A stretch of 64,000 nt of DNA from Candidatus Nealsonbacteria bacterium (GTDB taxonomy: Bacteria; Patescibacteriota; Minisyncoccia; Minisyncoccales; JANBVM01): positions 384,776-448,775 of the forward strand of contig CP179889.1 in assembly GCA_047456315.1 (NCBI GenBank). The letters run 5' to 3'. The notes below the pieces were generated by a model. It searched no databases and was not told the origin of the DNA. It worked only from the letters and a program-made list of their open reading frames with translations. Every line of letters begins with the position of its first letter. The first letter of the stretch is position 1. Below are positions 27,496-36,658 of the stretch, piece by piece. The translations under genes and the position numbers were made by a program.

Positions 27496-27508
27496 ACTGT
27501 GGATAACT
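27496..27508. repeat. right 13-bp terminal inverted repeat ACTGTGGATAACT
   Basis: Reverse complement of 27068-27080. Lies 35 nt upstream of the transposase ATG. Confidence 0.8.
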
Positions 27509-27542
27509 AAAGACTACCACAATCACTAAAGCTGTCAACAAT

Positions 27543-28451
27543 ATGCGATATACATATAAACAATTTCAAAAGGATTTCCCAGGCGACAACGCCTGTTTAG
27601 AATACATTTTCAAGGCTCGTTTTGGGAATAATCCAACCTGTCCAAAATGTGAAAAATTAAATTCTTTTTACAAGGTCGGTAAGAGAAGGGCTTATGCCTG
27701 TTCCTGTGGTTATCAAATTTATCCAGCCGTTAACACTATTTTTAATAAATCTTCAACCAGTTTAATCAGCTGGTTTTTTGCTATTTATTTAATGAGCTCT
27801 GCTAAGAATGGAGTATCTGCTAAAGAACTACAAAGGCATTTAGGAGTTAGTTATAAGACTGCTTTAAGAATGGCTCATAAGATAAGGAGTCTAATGAAAC
27901 AAGATAATTCAATGTTAGAGGGAGTAGTTGAAATTGATGAAATGTATGTTGGAGGTAATCCATATAGAAATTTAAGAAAAAGATATATTAAAAAAACTCC
28001 TGTAATCGGAATAGTAGCTCGTAATGGTAAAGCAAAAGCAGTAGTGGTTGAGGAAGCAGATACAAGAAGTGCTTTTAAATTATTAAAGGATAATGTTAAA
28101 GTTGGTTCTAAAATAATGAGCGACGGCTCGCGTCTTTATAGAAATAAACTTGAAAAGCTGGGCTTTAAGCACAGCATTGTGAAGCATAGTGAGAATGAAT
28201 ATGTTAGAGGAGATGTTTACACTAACAGCATTGAACAGTTCTGGAGTCAGATTAAAAACTCAATCAGAGGCACTTATCATTCTGTAAATCCTAAGTACCT
28301 GCAGACTTACGTCGACGAGTTCGTCTACCAGTATAACCACCGCACTTTGAAGAATTCCTCTTTGTTTGAGACTTTGCTTGTCCGCCTTTGCCCACAGCAC
28401 GGCTTAAAAGAGAATGAAAGCGTCGCTTGGTGGTCGTTGGTTTCTTCATAG
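27543..28451 (+). CDS. IS1595-family (ISXO2-like) transposase
   Basis: N-terminal transposase Zn-ribbon (CPKCEK...YACSCG), then a DDE_Tnp_IS1595 pattern (VEIDEMYVGG, MSDGSRLY, TNSIEQFWSQIK, YLQTYVDEFVYQYNHR). Confidence 0.9.
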   Translation: MRYTYKQFQKDFPGDNACLEYIFKARFGNNPTCPKCEKLNSFYKVGKRRAYACSCGYQIYPAVNTIFNKSSTSLISWFFAIYLMSSAKNGVSAKELQRHLGVSYKTALRMAHKIRSLMKQDNSMLEGVVEIDEMYVGGNPYRNLRKRYIKKTPVIGIVARNGKAKAVVVEEADTRSAFKLLKDNVKVGSKIMSDGSRLYRNKLEKLGFKHSIVKHSENEYVRGDVYTNSIEQFWSQIKNSIRGTYHSVNPKYLQTYVDEFVYQYNHRTLKNSSLFETLLVRLCPQHGLKENESVAWWSLVSS

Positions 28452-28525
28452 TTTTATTTTAACATCTGATAAGAAAAAATAAAAGTCGAAGAATTTATAA
28501 ATAACTTTAAAAAATAATCAATAAA

Positions 28526-28663
28526 ATGGATTCATACACAAAAGAAATAATCGTTGCTTACTTTAAAGGCGGAAATGCACAAGATAGTGGAGTAGAAAGG
28601 ATTAAGCAAGTCTTGAAAGTAATAAAGGAAGTGGTTGAAGAAGAAGAAGAAGAAAGAGAATAG
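28526..28663 (+). CDS. small acidic protein (45 aa)
   Basis: ATG 28526, TAG 28661-28663, followed by a strong terminator. Confidence 0.3.
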   Translation: MDSYTKEIIVAYFKGGNAQDSGVERIKQVLKVIKEVVEEEEEERE

Positions 28664-28675
28664 CTTTTAACTATC

Positions 28676-28704
28676 AGTCCCCGAAAGGGGGCTTTTGGTT
28701 TTTT
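28676..28704. terminator. intrinsic terminator (GC-rich tetraloop hairpin)
   Basis: AGTCCCC-GAAA-GGGGGCT followed by T-runs. Sits between convergent ORFs. Confidence 0.7.
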
Positions 28705-28705
28705 C

Positions 28706-29260
28706 TCATATTTTTATATTAAAATAATTAAGAAATAATTGGAGTAATAGACCACCGAGAACACCAAGAAGAAAAACAGATAATTTAGAATTTTCTCTTA
28801 AAAGTGCTTCTATAAATCCCAATAGTTCCCTTAATCTTTCTCCCTTTGGTTCAATTGTTAATAGGGTATTGTCCGTAAGCGGAAATGATTCAGAAGTATC
28901 TCTTTTAATATATTTATCACTCAAGCAATGTCTAATAATTTCTTCGTTTCTATAACGAAGATTGCTTAAATAGTCTTTATCAAAAATCTTCACAACTAAT
29001 ATTTTAAAATTGATTATACGAAGGCTAAATTTGGATTTAGTGGGAAAGAACTCTTTCTGCCATAACCAGTCTGAAAATTCTTTTAAAGAAACTCCTTTTG
29101 TCCTGTATCTGTATTGGTTTATTAAACCACGCTTCTCTTTCCAAATTAACCTATGTAATTTATTAACAATATGACGTTCTTTGAAAATCAACATAATTTT
29201 CTTTATTATATCAAAAACACCTTTATGTGTCTTTTTCTTTTTTACTTGTTGTGAATACAT
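28706..29260 (-). CDS. hypothetical protein with C-terminal TM segment
   Basis: ORF-track frame. Internal ATG at 29260 (MYSQQVKKKK) preferred over the hydrophobic 5' extension. Confidence 0.35.
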   Translation of the reverse strand: MYSQQVKKKKTHKGVFDIIKKIMLIFKERHIVNKLHRLIWKEKRGLINQYRYRTKGVSLKEFSDWLWQKEFFPTKSKFSLRIINFKILVVKIFDKDYLSNLRYRNEEIIRHCLSDKYIKRDTSESFPLTDNTLLTIEPKGERLRELLGFIEALLRENSKLSVFLLGVLGGLLLQLFLNYFNIKI

Positions 29261-29339
29261 ACTTACCGCTTTACATGGTTTGACAGATTTATTTGAATTA
29301 TGTATAACATAAACAGCACATAATTTTACAAATAGAAAA

Positions 29340-29570
29340 GTGAAAAAAATGTCTGAAAACAACAAATCGATAAATAATATGCTCAACAATCCAAATCAGT
29401 TTTACAAAAATACTAAAGGAATATCAGATATCATTAAGATTGAAGAGCAGAAAAGGGAATATTTATCTATATTAACGAGAACTGAGGGGGAAGGCATCTA
29501 TCCGTTTGAAAAGGGTGTCTTACTATTAAAAGCCGCCATTGAAACTGAAGACGAAAAAAAACAGAAATAA
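29340..29570 (+). CDS. small hypothetical protein
   Basis: 76-aa ORF (GTG start; ATG at 29349). No motif. Confidence 0.3.
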   Translation: MKKMSENNKSINNMLNNPNQFYKNTKGISDIIKIEEQKREYLSILTRTEGEGIYPFEKGVLLLKAAIETEDEKKQK

Positions 29571-29740
29571 TAAATTTCATTTTTTCTTTTTTTTTCAAGT
29601 CCGCAATATAAATTGTGTTTTTGAAAAAGAACTTTTAGACAAAAAATACCTTTAATCAGGTGTTTTTTGTTGTTAAAAAATCAAAAAATTTCTATTGAGT
29701 TTATTTTAAGTACAAAATGTGCTATTTTTAATATATTAAG

Positions 29741-31057
29741 ATGAAATTAAAAAATTTAAAGAATAAAAAAATACTGATTCTGGGTTTAGGCATAGAGGGC
29801 ATGGATAACTTAAAGTTTTTAACAAAAACCTTTCCTGGTGAAATCATTGCGGTGGGTGATAGGTTAGAATTTGATGATTTAAATCCTGCAGCTAAAAAAA
29901 TAATTAAAGAAAGAAAAAAGCTCAGGCTTCATCTAGGAAAAAGTTATCTTGAGTTTTTAAAACACTATGATGTAATAATTAAATCTCCCGGAATTTCACC
30001 CAGTACTCTAAAGCCATTTTTAACTAAAAAACAAACTATTACTTCTCAAACAGAGATTTTTTTTAATAACTGCCCAGGCAAAATTATTGGCATCACAGGG
30101 ACAAAGGGAAAAAGCACCACCACCTCTTTGATTTATGCAATTTTAAAAGAAAATGGCATTAAAGCTTATTTGGGAGGCAATATTGGCAAGCCAGTATTGT
30201 CTTTTCTTGAATCTAGCAAGCCAGAGAATGTGTATGTTTTTGAGCTTTCCAGCCATCAGCTCTTAAATCTTAAAAAAAGCCCTCATATTGCTGTTTTTTT
30301 AAACATATATAAGGAGCATTTGGATTACTATGATGGGTTTAAAGAGTATATATCAGCTAAAAGCAATATCTTGCGTTATCAGAAAAAAAGCGATTATTTG
30401 ATATTTAATTCAAAGAATAAGCTGGTAAACAAAGAAGCAAAGAAATCAAAAGCTAAGAAAATCCCTATTGATTCAGTTAAAATTAAAAAGATTGATACAT
30501 TATTAAAAGGTGATTTTAATGTTTTTAATATTAAAGCTGCAATTGCTGTGGCAAGGTTGTTTGATCTCCAGGATAAAGATATCTTAAAAAGCATTAAAAA
30601 GTTTAAATCCCTAAAGCACAGATTAGAATATATTGGAACATACAAAGGAATTAAGTTTTATAATGATGCCTTGTCAACTGTTCCAGAAGCAACAATTGCA
30701 GCGCTTGATGCTTTAGGAAATAATGTTGAGACAATATTTTTAGGGGGATTAGATAGAGGAATAGATTTTAAAGGTTTAGCTAAAAGGATTTTAAAAAGTA
30801 AAATCAAAACTTTAATTTTATTCCAGACAACAGGTGATAAAATCTATAGGCAGATCGTTGCTTTAGATGATAATAAAAAATACAAAGCAATTTTAGTGCA
30901 AAACATGAAAGACGGAGTGGATATGGCTTTTAAGTATACGCAAAGAGGAAAGATCTGCCTTTTATCGACTGCTTCACCAAGCTTTAACTTGTTTAAGGAC
31001 TATAAGGAGAAAGGTAATTTGTTTAAAAAATACGTCAAACTTTATGGCAAGCGCTAG
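29741..31057 (+). CDS. murD: UDP-N-acetylmuramoylalanine--glutamate ligase
   Basis: ILILGLGIEG N-terminus, GITGTKGKSTTTS P-loop, Mur ligase C domain. Precedes ftsW-murG. Confidence 0.9.
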   Translation: MKLKNLKNKKILILGLGIEGMDNLKFLTKTFPGEIIAVGDRLEFDDLNPAAKKIIKERKKLRLHLGKSYLEFLKHYDVIIKSPGISPSTLKPFLTKKQTITSQTEIFFNNCPGKIIGITGTKGKSTTTSLIYAILKENGIKAYLGGNIGKPVLSFLESSKPENVYVFELSSHQLLNLKKSPHIAVFLNIYKEHLDYYDGFKEYISAKSNILRYQKKSDYLIFNSKNKLVNKEAKKSKAKKIPIDSVKIKKIDTLLKGDFNVFNIKAAIAVARLFDLQDKDILKSIKKFKSLKHRLEYIGTYKGIKFYNDALSTVPEATIAALDALGNNVETIFLGGLDRGIDFKGLAKRILKSKIKTLILFQTTGDKIYRQIVALDDNKKYKAILVQNMKDGVDMAFKYTQRGKICLLSTASPSFNLFKDYKEKGNLFKKYVKLYGKR

Positions 31058-32174
31058 AAAGCTGGATTACATTCTAATAATCACTACAATGCTTTTAATA
31101 ATCTTTGGGATTATTATTTTAGCCAGCGCTTCAACCTCTGTTTCCCAGATTAAGTTTGGCGATAGTTACTATTATCTGAATCATCAGATAATATTTGCCC
31201 TGATTCCAGGGATTCTGTTAGCAGTCCTGTTTTCAAGAATCAAGCTTAGTATTGTGAAGAAATGGGCGCCTGTCGCTCTTTTATTGAATCTTGTTCTTAT
31301 GACACTTGTTTTTTTACCTGGTATAGGCATTAAAATAGGCAAGGGAGCAAGATGGATTTCATTGGGCATAGCTTCTTTTCAGCCCTCTGAGACACTAAAG
31401 CTTGCTTTTATCCTATATATTGCCAGCTGGCTGGAGGGAAAAAATAAAAAGAAATTTTCTCTGCCAAAAAACCAAAAAGATTTAAAAGAAAATTTTCTTG
31501 CTTTCATAATGATTCTTGGGCTGATTGGTCTGCTTTTATGGTTTCAATCTGATTTAGGAACTTTAGCTGTGATTCTTGCTATCGGAGTGTTTATGTATTT
31601 TTTGGCAGATACTCCTATTTTACATACAATAACAATAGGGTTGCTTATAGGATTAGCATTTCTAATTCTTATTAACTTTTCATCCTACCACTGGCAAAGG
31701 ATAGTAGTATTTTTAAATCCTGACATAGATCCAATGGGGTCAGGTTATCAGTTGAAACAGTCATTAATGGCAATAGGTTCAGGAGGGCTTTTTGGACTGG
31801 GATTTGGCATGTCTCAGCAGGAATTTGGATTTTTACCTCATTTAATATCAGATTCAATCTTCGCTGTTTTAGCGGAAGAAGCAGGGTTTATTGGTTCAGT
31901 AATGCTGATTGTTCTGTTTCTACTTTTTTTATGGCGCGGTTTTACAATCGGAAAACAGAGTAAAAACAGATTTTCTTCTTTAACGGCACTGGGCATAACT
32001 TCCTGGATTTTAATTCAAGCGCTGGTTAATATTGGCGCTATGATAGGCATTATTCCTTTAACAGGCATTCCTTTGCCATTTATCAGTCAAGGAGGTACAG
32101 CCCTGGCAACAGAGCTGGCTGCAGTAGGAATTCTTTTAAATGTTTCAAGAGGAGCTAAATATGAAAAACAATAA
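31044..32174 (+). CDS. ftsW: SEDS-family peptidoglycan polymerase FtsW
   Basis: About 10 TM segments. Blocks SFQPSE, DLGT, DSIFAVLAEE, IPLTGIPLPFISQGGT. Confidence 0.9.
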   Translation: MASARKLDYILIITTMLLIIFGIIILASASTSVSQIKFGDSYYYLNHQIIFALIPGILLAVLFSRIKLSIVKKWAPVALLLNLVLMTLVFLPGIGIKIGKGARWISLGIASFQPSETLKLAFILYIASWLEGKNKKKFSLPKNQKDLKENFLAFIMILGLIGLLLWFQSDLGTLAVILAIGVFMYFLADTPILHTITIGLLIGLAFLILINFSSYHWQRIVVFLNPDIDPMGSGYQLKQSLMAIGSGGLFGLGFGMSQQEFGFLPHLISDSIFAVLAEEAGFIGSVMLIVLFLLFLWRGFTIGKQSKNRFSSLTALGITSWILIQALVNIGAMIGIIPLTGIPLPFISQGGTALATELAAVGILLNVSRGAKYEKQ

Positions 32175-33312
32175 AAAAATCAAGGTTTTATTTACTGGCG
32201 GCGGCAGCGGGGGACATATTTTCCCGATTATTGCTGTTGCCAGAGAAATGAGAAAACTTTCTCCTGAAAAGAGGAAAAACAAAGAATTTGAGTTTTTCTA
32301 TTTTGGGCCAAAAGATGAGTTTGCTGACATATTTCTTTCTCAGGAAGAAATTAAAATCAAACATATTTTAGCCGGTAAAATCAGAAGATATTCAAGCGTT
32401 AAAAGCATTGCCCAGAACTTAGTTGATATTATTTTTAAAATCCCGATAGGTCTAGTTCAGGCCTTTATTTATTTATTTGTTTTAGCTCCTGATGTTATTT
32501 TCTCAAAAGGCGGATTTGGATCTCTACCAACAGTTATATCTGGATGGCTTTTGGGAATTCCCATCTTCCTGCAGGAATCAGATGTTATTCCAGGGATGGC
32601 TAACAGGATTTTAGCTAGATTCTCAACAGAGATTTTTGTTTCTTTTCCTAAGACACCATACTTTAAAAAAAGAATGATTCTGGCTGGAAATCCCATAAGA
32701 ACAGAGATTTTAAATGCCACTAAAAAGGAATCTTATGAGTTTTTTAAATTAACAGGCAAGAAACCAGTGATTTTCATTATGGGTGGTTCCCAGGGCGCTC
32801 AGCGCGTTAATGACAAGATTTTAGAGATACTGGGCGCTTTAGTAGAGAATTTTGAAATTATACATCAGTGCGGTGAGAAAAACGTTAAACAGGTCAAAGC
32901 TGAAGCAAAAACAGTTATGCCTGAGTATTTAGCAAAGTATTATCATGCATTTGGATTTTTAAAAGAGCAGGAGCTGGAAAAAGCTTATGCTGCCAGTGAT
33001 TTAGTGGTTTCTCGTTCTGGTTCAGGAAGTATCTTTGAAATAGCAGCCTGGGCAAAACCATCAATTCTAATACCATTACCAGAATCAGCCCAGAACCATC
33101 AACTTGAAAATGCATATAATTATGCTCAAAAAGGAGCAGCAATAGTGTTTGAAGAGCAAAACTTTACTTCTCGTTTTTTCCATGAAAAGCTTAAAAACCT
33201 GTTTTCTCGCCCAGAACAGCTTGAAAAAATGAGTATTGCTGCCAAAAAATTCTCAAAGCCAAGGGCAGCAAAAACCATTGCTGGATACGTTGCAATCTAT
33301 TTGACTAAATAA
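32161..33312 (+). CDS. murG: undecaprenyldiphospho-muramoylpentapeptide beta-N-acetylglucosaminyltransferase
   Basis: FTGGGSGGHIFP G-loop, GGSQGA, C-terminal HQLENA. ATG 32161 has a GGAG RBS. Confidence 0.92.
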   Translation: MKNNKKIKVLFTGGGSGGHIFPIIAVAREMRKLSPEKRKNKEFEFFYFGPKDEFADIFLSQEEIKIKHILAGKIRRYSSVKSIAQNLVDIIFKIPIGLVQAFIYLFVLAPDVIFSKGGFGSLPTVISGWLLGIPIFLQESDVIPGMANRILARFSTEIFVSFPKTPYFKKRMILAGNPIRTEILNATKKESYEFFKLTGKKPVIFIMGGSQGAQRVNDKILEILGALVENFEIIHQCGEKNVKQVKAEAKTVMPEYLAKYYHAFGFLKEQELEKAYAASDLVVSRSGSGSIFEIAAWAKPSILIPLPESAQNHQLENAYNYAQKGAAIVFEEQNFTSRFFHEKLKNLFSRPEQLEKMSIAAKKFSKPRAAKTIAGYVAIYLTK

Positions 33313-33336
33313 ATATGGTGGTTCAGAATAAAATTA

Positions 33337-34923
33337 ATGAATCCTCAAGAGCTTAAACTTGAAATGCCTGGTGCAGTAAGAGTTCGTATGGCGCCTTCTC
33401 CTACTGGTTTTTTCCATGTTGGAAGCGCGAGAACTGCGCTTTTTAATTATCTTTTTGCCAGAGCCAGTCAGGGTATTTTTATACTAAGAATTGAAGATAC
33501 TGACAAGGAAAGATCAAAGCCAGTTTATGAAGACAATATTATTGAAAGCTTAAAATGGCTTGGAATTGAGCCGGATGAAGGACCAGCTGCTGGAGGGAAA
33601 TATGAGCCATATCGTCAGTCAGAAAGAAAAGAGATTTATGCTAAATATATTAAAAAGCTTTTAGATGAAAATAAGGCTTATCTTTGTTTTTGTTCTGAAG
33701 AAGAGCTTGAAGTTCAAAGGGAATATCAGCTATCAACAGGTAGGGCTCCTCGCTATTCAGGAAAATGCGCTGGGTTGTCTAAGCAGGAAATTGAGAAGAA
33801 TTTAAAAGAAAAAAAATCTTATGTGATAAGGTTTAAAACTCCTCAAAAAAAAGTAGAATTTGAGGATATTATTAGAGGGAAAATAGAAATAGATGCATCT
33901 TTAATAGGGGATATGGTGATTGCAAAACAAGACAATACTCCTTTATATAACTTTGCCTGTGTTGTTGATGATTTTGAAATGAAAATAACTCATGTTATAA
34001 GAGGGGAAGAGCACATTTCAAACACTCCCAAGCAAATCCTTTTTCAAAAAGCTTTAAACATTCCAAAAGTTAAGTATGCTCATCTGCCTTTGATTTTAGG
34101 TTCTGATAAAAGCAAGCTCTCAAAAAGACATGGCGCTGTTTCAATTTTAGAATACAAAGAACAGGGCTATCTTGCTGAAACTTTAGTTAATTTTATGGCT
34201 TTTTTGGGCTGGAATCCTGACACTGAAAAAGAAATCTTTTCTTTAAATGCTTTGGTTAAAGAGTTTTCTTTGGAAAAAGTTCAGAAGTCAGGAGCTGTCT
34301 TTAATACTAAAAGATTGGATTTTCTCAACGGTTTCTATATCAGGCAAAAATCAATCAATAAATTAACAGAGCTTTGTATTCCTTATTTAATTCAATCAGG
34401 ATTAATTGAACCAGGATTTAAAGAAGGCCAGTTTCCGCCAGCTTATGGAGGAAAAGAGATTATTCAGGTTTTTAAAGTGTCTCAGACAAAAGAAGATATC
34501 TCATTTGATGCGTTATCTAAAATTGTTTCAATTTATCAGGAAAGATTAAAAAAGCTTTCAGAAATTACTGAGTTTGTTAATTTCTTTTTTAAAAAAGAGC
34601 TTGTTTTTGATGAAAAGCTTTTAAGCTGGAATGAAATGTCAGAAAAAGAACTTATTGCTTCTCTTGATAGAAGCATTAAAATATTGTCTGGTCTAAAAGA
34701 AGAAGATTTCATTGTTTCTAAATTAACAGACATACTCTTACCAGAAGCAGAAAAATTTGGTAAAAAGATAAAAGGGGAAGGGGACAGGGGTTATCTTCTC
34801 TGGCCATTGAGAGTTGCATTAACAGGCAAGAAATCTTCAGCCAGTCCCTTTGAGATTGCTGAGATTTTTAAAAAAGAAAAAACATTAAAAAGATTAGAAC
34901 AAGCTAAAGCTTTAATAAAATGA
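33337..34923 (+). CDS. gltX: glutamate--tRNA ligase
   Basis: RMAPSPTGFFHVGSARTA (HIGH region), KLSKRHG (KMSKS). 528 aa. Confidence 0.93.
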   Translation: MNPQELKLEMPGAVRVRMAPSPTGFFHVGSARTALFNYLFARASQGIFILRIEDTDKERSKPVYEDNIIESLKWLGIEPDEGPAAGGKYEPYRQSERKEIYAKYIKKLLDENKAYLCFCSEEELEVQREYQLSTGRAPRYSGKCAGLSKQEIEKNLKEKKSYVIRFKTPQKKVEFEDIIRGKIEIDASLIGDMVIAKQDNTPLYNFACVVDDFEMKITHVIRGEEHISNTPKQILFQKALNIPKVKYAHLPLILGSDKSKLSKRHGAVSILEYKEQGYLAETLVNFMAFLGWNPDTEKEIFSLNALVKEFSLEKVQKSGAVFNTKRLDFLNGFYIRQKSINKLTELCIPYLIQSGLIEPGFKEGQFPPAYGGKEIIQVFKVSQTKEDISFDALSKIVSIYQERLKKLSEITEFVNFFFKKELVFDEKLLSWNEMSEKELIASLDRSIKILSGLKEEDFIVSKLTDILLPEAEKFGKKIKGEGDRGYLLWPLRVALTGKKSSASPFEIAEIFKKEKTLKRLEQAKALIK

Positions 34924-35345
34924 AAAAAACAATTTTAATATCTTTTGTAATATTTAACTTAATTTTTTCAGGTTTTTGTTTGGCCGAAAATGCTTCTCTT
35001 GATTTTGAGGCACCAGAAACATTTGAAGAGGCCCAGCAATTAGGAGAAGAAGCGCTGGAAATTGGCAAAAAACAATTGCCGGATATTATTAGAGATACTT
35101 GGTATAACAATGTTTTGCCAATGTGGCAGAAAATGTATAACTGGGCTTATATAAATATCTGGTTAAAGGCTAAAAACTTTTTAGGGCCTAGGGTAGAGGA
35201 GGAAATAGAAACAAGAAAAGAGATTGTTGAAGAAGAGATTGAGCAGGAAAAAGAGGAAGTAAAAAAAGAACTGCCAGGTTTTCTTAATAAAATCTGGAAG
35301 TTTATTAGAGATATTTTTCAAAAAATTAAAATATTGTGGAAGTGA
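34920..35345 (+). CDS. small secreted E/K-rich protein
   Basis: Signal peptide MKKTILISFVIFNLIFSGFCLA. ATG overlaps the gltX stop. Confidence 0.5.
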   Translation: MKKTILISFVIFNLIFSGFCLAENASLDFEAPETFEEAQQLGEEALEIGKKQLPDIIRDTWYNNVLPMWQKMYNWAYINIWLKAKNFLGPRVEEEIETRKEIVEEEIEQEKEEVKKELPGFLNKIWKFIRDIFQKIKILWK

Positions 35346-35349
35346 AAAT

Positions 35350-35376
35350 CACTGACTAGAGGTCAGTGGTTTTTTG
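35350..35376 (+). terminator. intrinsic terminator
   Basis: CACTGAC-TAGAG-GTCAGTG followed by GTTTTTT. Confidence 0.75.
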
Positions 35377-35395
35377 ATGAATTCGTACATCTATT

Positions 35396-35404
35396 TTGTG
35401 TGAC
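35396..35404. repeat. variant copy of recurrent motif (TTGTGTGAC)
   Basis: One mismatch from TTGTGCGAC. Shares the ...GACATTT extension with the site at 45193. Confidence 0.4.
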
Positions 35405-35856
35405 ATTTTTTCATTTTTATTTAAAAAACCCATTGCTGGACAATTTGTTTTAAATTGAATTTTTTAAAACAGATAGGACAACATCTAGGACAAAAAGTTC
35501 TGAGATACTAAATCTTATTTAAGAATATTTAAACTTTAATTTAATCGTAATCTTTTATTCTTTATAAATGTTATTTAAAATATTATTTAGTCGAAAAACT
35601 AGAGCTTATAAAAGCCGAAAAAGAGCATGCTTGACAGCTTTATTTACATTATGATAGGGTTTCCTAAAGGCTCAATATTTCTTAATGACCCATCAAGAGA
35701 GGCTACAATGAAAATGTGGGAAATAAATAATTTTGAAATCAAAAATAAAGTCAATTAGAAGGGATTGGCTTTTTATTTTGTTTTAACAAAGGTCGACCTA
35801 AAGATAAAGGTAGATTAATTAGGAGAAAAATAATTAATTAAAATCAAAAAGAAATT

Positions 35857-36567
35857 ATGAAAAAACTAAAAAATTTACTTAAAAAGAGCCCTATTGCAAT
35901 GATTGTGATTGGTTTAGTAATAGCTAGTGTAGTTAGTGCTGCTTTAGTGGATTATTTAAGTAATACCATAAAAGCAAAAATAACAGTAGAATCACCAATG
36001 GCTGTAGGAATTTCATTAGGTCTTGAAAGTTGGGCAACAGCGAAATGTTACAGACCTGCTGGATGTCCTGCCCCAGCCGATTGGACTCCTGATATTCCAT
36101 TGGATTGTGATGACTATCCAGGTGGATGGGTAGATTGCTATCCAGCAAAATCACATAGTGAAAGTGATTGGACAAATACAGGAACACTTGTAATACCTGA
36201 CATTTATGGAGGAGAGCCATTAACACTCTACATAATGAGTGCAAATCTGGCAAATGCAACAACTACAGGATATGAGGAAATTATTATAACAAATCCATTA
36301 GGAGTAACTTGTGCAGACTTTGAGAGCATAACAAGCAGATATGATAGTATTTATGGCAGTCTTGGATATGGAGAAGAATCTGTGTGGACACCTGGTGATG
36401 GCGGATGTACTCAGGGAGAAGATGTAAACACCATACAGTTCGGTAGCACTGAATCAACATGGGGTGCAGGAGAAACAGATGTAAGTAAAATGGTAGTGAC
36501 ATTCAAGTCAAATGCATTAGGAACCTATACAGTAAAGACAAGAGTAGTTCCAGTAGTAGAATACTAA
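35857..36567 (+). CDS. putative secreted fibre/major subunit protein (TasA/pilin-like leader), copy 2
   Basis: MKKLKNLLKKSPIAMIVIGLVIASVVSAALVDYLSN leader. Carries a Cys-rich insert absent from copy 1. The C-terminal block GETDVSK.VVTFKSNALGTY is shared. Confidence 0.6.
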   Translation: MKKLKNLLKKSPIAMIVIGLVIASVVSAALVDYLSNTIKAKITVESPMAVGISLGLESWATAKCYRPAGCPAPADWTPDIPLDCDDYPGGWVDCYPAKSHSESDWTNTGTLVIPDIYGGEPLTLYIMSANLANATTTGYEEIIITNPLGVTCADFESITSRYDSIYGSLGYGEESVWTPGDGGCTQGEDVNTIQFGSTESTWGAGETDVSKMVVTFKSNALGTYTVKTRVVPVVEY

Positions 36568-36590
36568 TAGAGTAAGATAATAAAGAAAAC

Positions 36591-36655
36591 CTGATAGTTA
36601 TTCCTTGTATAGCTATCAGAGGTAGGTTTATTTTTTTGAAGTAAATCTACCTCTG
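36591..36655 (+). promoter_or_regulatory. conserved double hairpin between subunit gene and dockerin gene (copy 2)
   Basis: 10-bp stem 36591-36600/36610-36619 and 13-bp stem 36617-36629/36643-36655, ending 3 nt before the ATG. A:U in copy 1 is replaced by G:C here (compensatory). Confidence 0.55.
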
Positions 36656-36658
36656 ATT

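Noticed and set aside
27070-27506. Two perfect DnaA-box 9-mers (TTATCCACA / TGTGGATAA) 430 bp apart, suggesting oriC.
   Set aside because: They are simply the cores of a 13-bp terminal inverted repeat. There is no dnaA/dnaN nearby, no cluster of additional boxes and no obvious AT-rich unwinding repeats. The site is inside an insertion in the dcw cluster.
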